DNA of 62,392 bases, the filler included, from Vannella sp. (taxonomy: Eukaryota): assembly GCA_023345925.1 (NCBI GenBank). It is 8 parts of 8 records of this genome, joined end to end, with 100 filler letters (N's around TTAATTAATTAA, not from the genome) between each part and the next. Parts side by side here need not be neighbours in the genome. Positions count along the whole stretch, not along the records: positions 53,677 to 62,392 come from JAJQQN010001033.1; 7 more parts are not named here. One strand, 5' to 3'. This document shows positions 58,487 to 62,392 of the stretch, piece by piece. The notes under the pieces are model-generated. The model saw nothing but the letters and a program-made list of their open reading frames with translations, did not search any database and had not been told where the DNA came from. The position numbers and the translations under genes are program-made. Positions within the stretch are counted from its first letter, which is position 1, and each line of letters begins with the position of its first letter.

Positions 58487-60678
58487 ATGGTGGTGGCGGC
58501 AGTCATTCTGGGTGCTGGATACGGCACCCGCCTACAGCAAGGACTTCGCGCCGATCCTTTAGGGTGAGGGATAGACACAAGATGTCCTCGTGGAGCTGAC
58601 AGGCAGGCGGGGAAGAACCTTTCGGGAAGACGCGGACAAAGCCAAACCTCTTCTCAAGGTTGCTGGTTACACCGTTGTGGAGCACTGGGTCCGTGAACTG
58701 AGTCGCTGTCCCAATGTTGGTCCCATCGTACGTTCTCTCACTCTTCGCTGCTGTAGCTGATCTCTTTCCCTTCCCCTGTAAGGTTGTCGTCACAAACGAG
58801 TACTTTCGTCCCCAGTTTGAAGGTCAGCGCGCTCCTCTCCTTGAGAAAGGAGGCTCCTGAGCAACCAATGGTACAGAGTGGATGTTAGAAGTAGCTGAAC
58901 GGGACAGAACTCTGCATGAAAGAGTCTATTTGGTTTCGGATGGAACCTTCTCCAATGCTACTCGTAAAGGTGCTGTCCATGCGATGAAACTGGCATGCGA
59001 TGAAGCTCAGAAGTTATGGGAGAGTCCTTTACAAGGTGCCTGCATCGTTGCTGGCGATACTCTTCTCCGATTCGAAAGTGTCTTCGGAAAAGATGCTTTT
59101 GACATTGTCCCTTTCGTGGAGCTTGCAAGAAGGACCGATACGGACGCATTATTAGCATACAAGATTGCTGATGAAGAGTTGAGTCAGAGAGGCATCCTGG
59201 AAGTAGATTCCGAGAACAGAGTTATTCACTTTCTTGAAAAGCCAGCTTCCTCAGAGACCAGTTCCCGCTTAGCTTGTCCTCCTCTTTATATGTTCTCAAA
59301 GTCTACTATCAGCGAAATAGGGGTCTTCTTGGAAGCCAGTGCTGATTGGCCTTTGGATAGCCGAGACCCTCCAGGTGCATTCCTCCAATGGCTCATCAAA
59401 TGTCGTCGTGACGGAGGCCACCTCTTAACAAGACCATTGTACACCACTGTTATCAATCGACGCTTCGATATTGGTAACTTGGACCAGTACAAAGAGGCCT
59501 ATTCCATCTTTGGGATGACTGAAATGGCAATGCAGGCTCCTCAGAAACCAGTTGTCGGTATTGGGAGAGGGTTTGCTCGAGTGGGAATGATTGGTAACCC
59601 TTCCGATGGATACAATGGAAAGACTGTCAGCTTCACAATAAGTAACTTCCACGCTGAAGTGATCATCCGGGCGTCCGAAAGTGGAACAACCGGAGTGAGA
59701 TTCCACGAAACGTCTTTTTATGCCAATTTGGAGAGCCTCTCCTCCTTGGGGGAGACGGAGGGTTATTCAGGTGGACTCAGTCTTCTCAAGGCAACTACCA
59801 AGAAGTTTTTCGACCTTTCACAGCAAAGTGACTTGTCTGAGGGCTCGAAACTTCGCCTTTCTTGTCGGAGCTTTGATATGTTCTTCTCTTCTACTATTCC
59901 CTTTCAAGTTGGATTAGCAGGCTCCTCTGCACTTGTATGCGCTACTCTGAGGGCACTTTCATCATTTTACCAAATCCCTTTGGCCCGGCTCAGTTCCAGA
60001 GACAAATGGCCTCAGCATATCTTAGATGTGGAGGTCCAGGATCTGGGTATAGCCGCTGGCTTACAGGACCGAGTCATTCAATACTTTGGTGGGATAGTAG
60101 CGATGGACTTCTCCAAGGAGTTGATGGATTCATTGGGACATGGCCGATATGTTCCTCTTCCAAGAGCTTCTCTTGAAAGGCTGGGTCCCTTGTACCTCAT
60201 CTATCTATTGGACAAATCCTCTTCCTCTGGGAAGGTACACAGTGATCTTCGGAGGCGCTGGTTGGGAGGAGAACAGAAGGTGTTGCAATCTATGCAACAA
60301 TTCAGTTCTCTCACTGACTCTTTCGTTCAACTCCTTTCTTCTTCAGGCCCTTTGACGAGGTGAGTTTATACCGCGTGGTGGTGCGTTGGGATTCTGACGA
60401 AGGTTAGTGGGGATCGTGAAAAACTGTGCGACTTGTTGGATGCAAACTTCGACCTTCGCCTCCAACTCCTGGGGGAAGACGTTGTTGGCTCCCACAACAT
60501 CCGGATGATAACTCTTGCTCGCCAATACGGACTGGCTTGCAAGTTTACAGGAAGTGGAGGGGCGATTGTGTGCCTTCCCCGAGGAACCTTTCAGGGAGTA
60601 GGGGATCTTCAAAGGACCCTTCAAGACCTGGGAATGACTCTGGCACTCATTTCCTTGGCGGAAGAAAGCGATGAATGA
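58487..60678 (+). CDS. Nucleotidyltransferase-glucuronokinase (GHMP) fusion, spliced
   Basis: ILGAGYGTRL, FLEKP, RFDIG; ARVGMIGNPSDGYNGK, GLAGSSA, AGLQDRVIQ, KFTGSGGA. Confidence 0.88.
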
Positions 60679-60704
60679 GTGTTGTTACGTTAGCATGCTT
60701 TACT

Positions 60705-62181
60705 TTAGCGTTTGGTGAATATGGGAGAGTTGCTCAGTTTCTGTCGACGGGCAGGAACTCGGTCGGGCTGAGCCAATTCCAGTGCTGGGCTGCTCAACCA
60801 ACGTCCAAGAAGTGATTTTTCAGCCAGAGAGGTTAACGCATAGTACGCAGCTCGTGCGTTCTACCTTGTGGTCAGGGAATGCAGAGAAGAGTAGCGAGGA
60901 AGAGTGACTTACTTGTCCAAGGATGTCCTGATTGATGTTGTAGATGTCATCGCATTTCTGGTGATAGCAAGGGTCAAAGGCAGCGTTGGCCAGGCCCCCA
61001 TAGAAGCGACGCCAGTAATCCGGCTTGATAACTTCCGCACCAGATGCCAATCCCCCTGCGGGAATCCCGTTGGCAATGAAAGGTCCGTAGTCTGACCGAC
61101 CATCAAAGGCAGTGAGATTCCAGGGCAGCCCCTCAAACGAAAAGAACGAGGTGAACAGATGCTCGATGTTAACAGAACCAGTCCGGATTCCGGCAGCGGC
61201 ACCGGCTCCATCGTAGACACCCCGGAAGTAATTGGGAGAGGCCAGCATGTCAAAGTTCAGGTTCAGTGCAATGTTGTTGATCTCTCCCGACTGGATAGCT
61301 TGACTGACGTAGTATTCGCTCCCCAAAAGGCCGAGTTCCTCGGCTCCCCACCAGGCGAAGCGCACTTGGTTGGCCAGAGTGATGTTTGACTTGTATAGCT
61401 CTGTAGCTAACTCGAGGTTGGTTGCACTTCCAGAGCCGTTGTCGTTGATGCCAGGGCCAGCCGGGACACCATCCAAGTGCGATCCCACAACAATCACTTG
61501 GTCTGTGCGGCCAACGGTGGTGTCTGCGATGAGGTTGCTGGTGTAGACGGTGGTCACAATCATATCGACAAAGACGGAAAGGGTGGCCTCCAGCTCCATG
61601 AAGGAAACGCCAAGGTCGTGGGAGACTCCCAAGACGGGAACCTCTTGAATCGATCCCAAAGTCCCTGTGAAGGCACCTTGGCCTTCGTAGTTGAAGATAA
61701 CTACTGCTGAAGCACCTGCTGCGACTGCATTCTTCGTCTTTTGGGCGAAATCGCAGTTTCCTCGGATGACGAGGGCGATGTTGCCTGCAGGGAAGCCAAC
61801 GAACAGATTAGCCGCGCAACCGTCTTGAGCAAAGCTAACAGGGGCCTCTGCTCTCCCAGAGCCAGAGTAGGAGAAGATGAGATACTCAAGACCGCGTTGG
61901 TACACAGCCGAGTTGGGGGAGATCTGCGCCAGCTTGGGCGGGGCACCTTCCGTAGTGATATCAAAGTTGAAGGGCTGTTGCGTGATCGTGTAGTTGGTCT
62001 CCGATTCCAGCACTGACCTGACATACGCCAAGGACGCGTTGTAACCCGAGAACTGAGCAGCGCGATTCCCGTTGTTCTCGTCTGCGATCTTTTGGAACGC
62101 GTTCAAGTGGCCCATGATATCCTCGATAGACACAGCGTTTGTCACAACCACCAACCCCACCAGCACCAAGAGCAGCCGCAT
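60705..62181 (-). CDS. Secreted M28 aminopeptidase with PA domain (aminopeptidase Y-like), 1 intron
   Basis: Signal peptide; RGNCDF; HLDGV..GPGINDNGSG; AEELGLLGS; NFDM; DPCYHQKCD. Confidence 0.93.
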
Positions 62182-62392
62182 CTTCCGCTCCAAGAAAAAG
62201 TGTTCGAAATTTCACGATTCTCTGTTTATCTAATCAATAATTCCCGACAAGAGGAGCTCGACATTGATATTTTCCTCTTTTGCTTGTTGGTCCAAAAAAA
62301 TGAGAAAATAATCGGAATGCCTGTTGAGAGGGACAATTGTCTTCGGGTATTGAAGAAGGTTATCAACGGTGTGGGTTTGCCGTTGTGTAAAC

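Noticed and set aside
56476..58578. 700-aa antisense ORF over the V-ATPase gene
   Set aside because: Shadow ORF expected from biased codon use in a highly expressed gene; no recognisable motifs

Overview
This window is not one locus. It is eight short contigs of a compact eukaryotic genome joined by artificial 100-nt linkers (N runs containing TTAATTAATTAA), so synteny holds only within each contig. Genes are dense, use the standard code and carry short (mostly about 35-75 nt) spliceosomal introns, so the ORF track fragments most of them; coordinates below are hand-spliced gene spans. Gene content (Roco kinase, DH-PH-GRAM-cNMP GEF, PTEN-like phosphatase, RCC1 repeats) suggests a free-living amoebozoan-type protist (inference). 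About 38 protein genes, one tRNA-Lys(CTT) and an RCC1 pseudogene are supported. The best leads are: an intronless retrotransposon-ORF1-like gene starting 35 nt upstream of, and divergent from, the tRNA gene; a predicted myristoylated lipase-3/P-loop GTPase fusion; bacterial-type DUF3574 and VKOR-thioredoxin genes; a densely base-paired intergenic segment of about 250 nt; and an unusual gene grammar (co-directional genes under 50 nt apart, G-rich first introns versus C-rich last introns, frequent AAG acceptors). All family calls come from motif recognition, not database searches.
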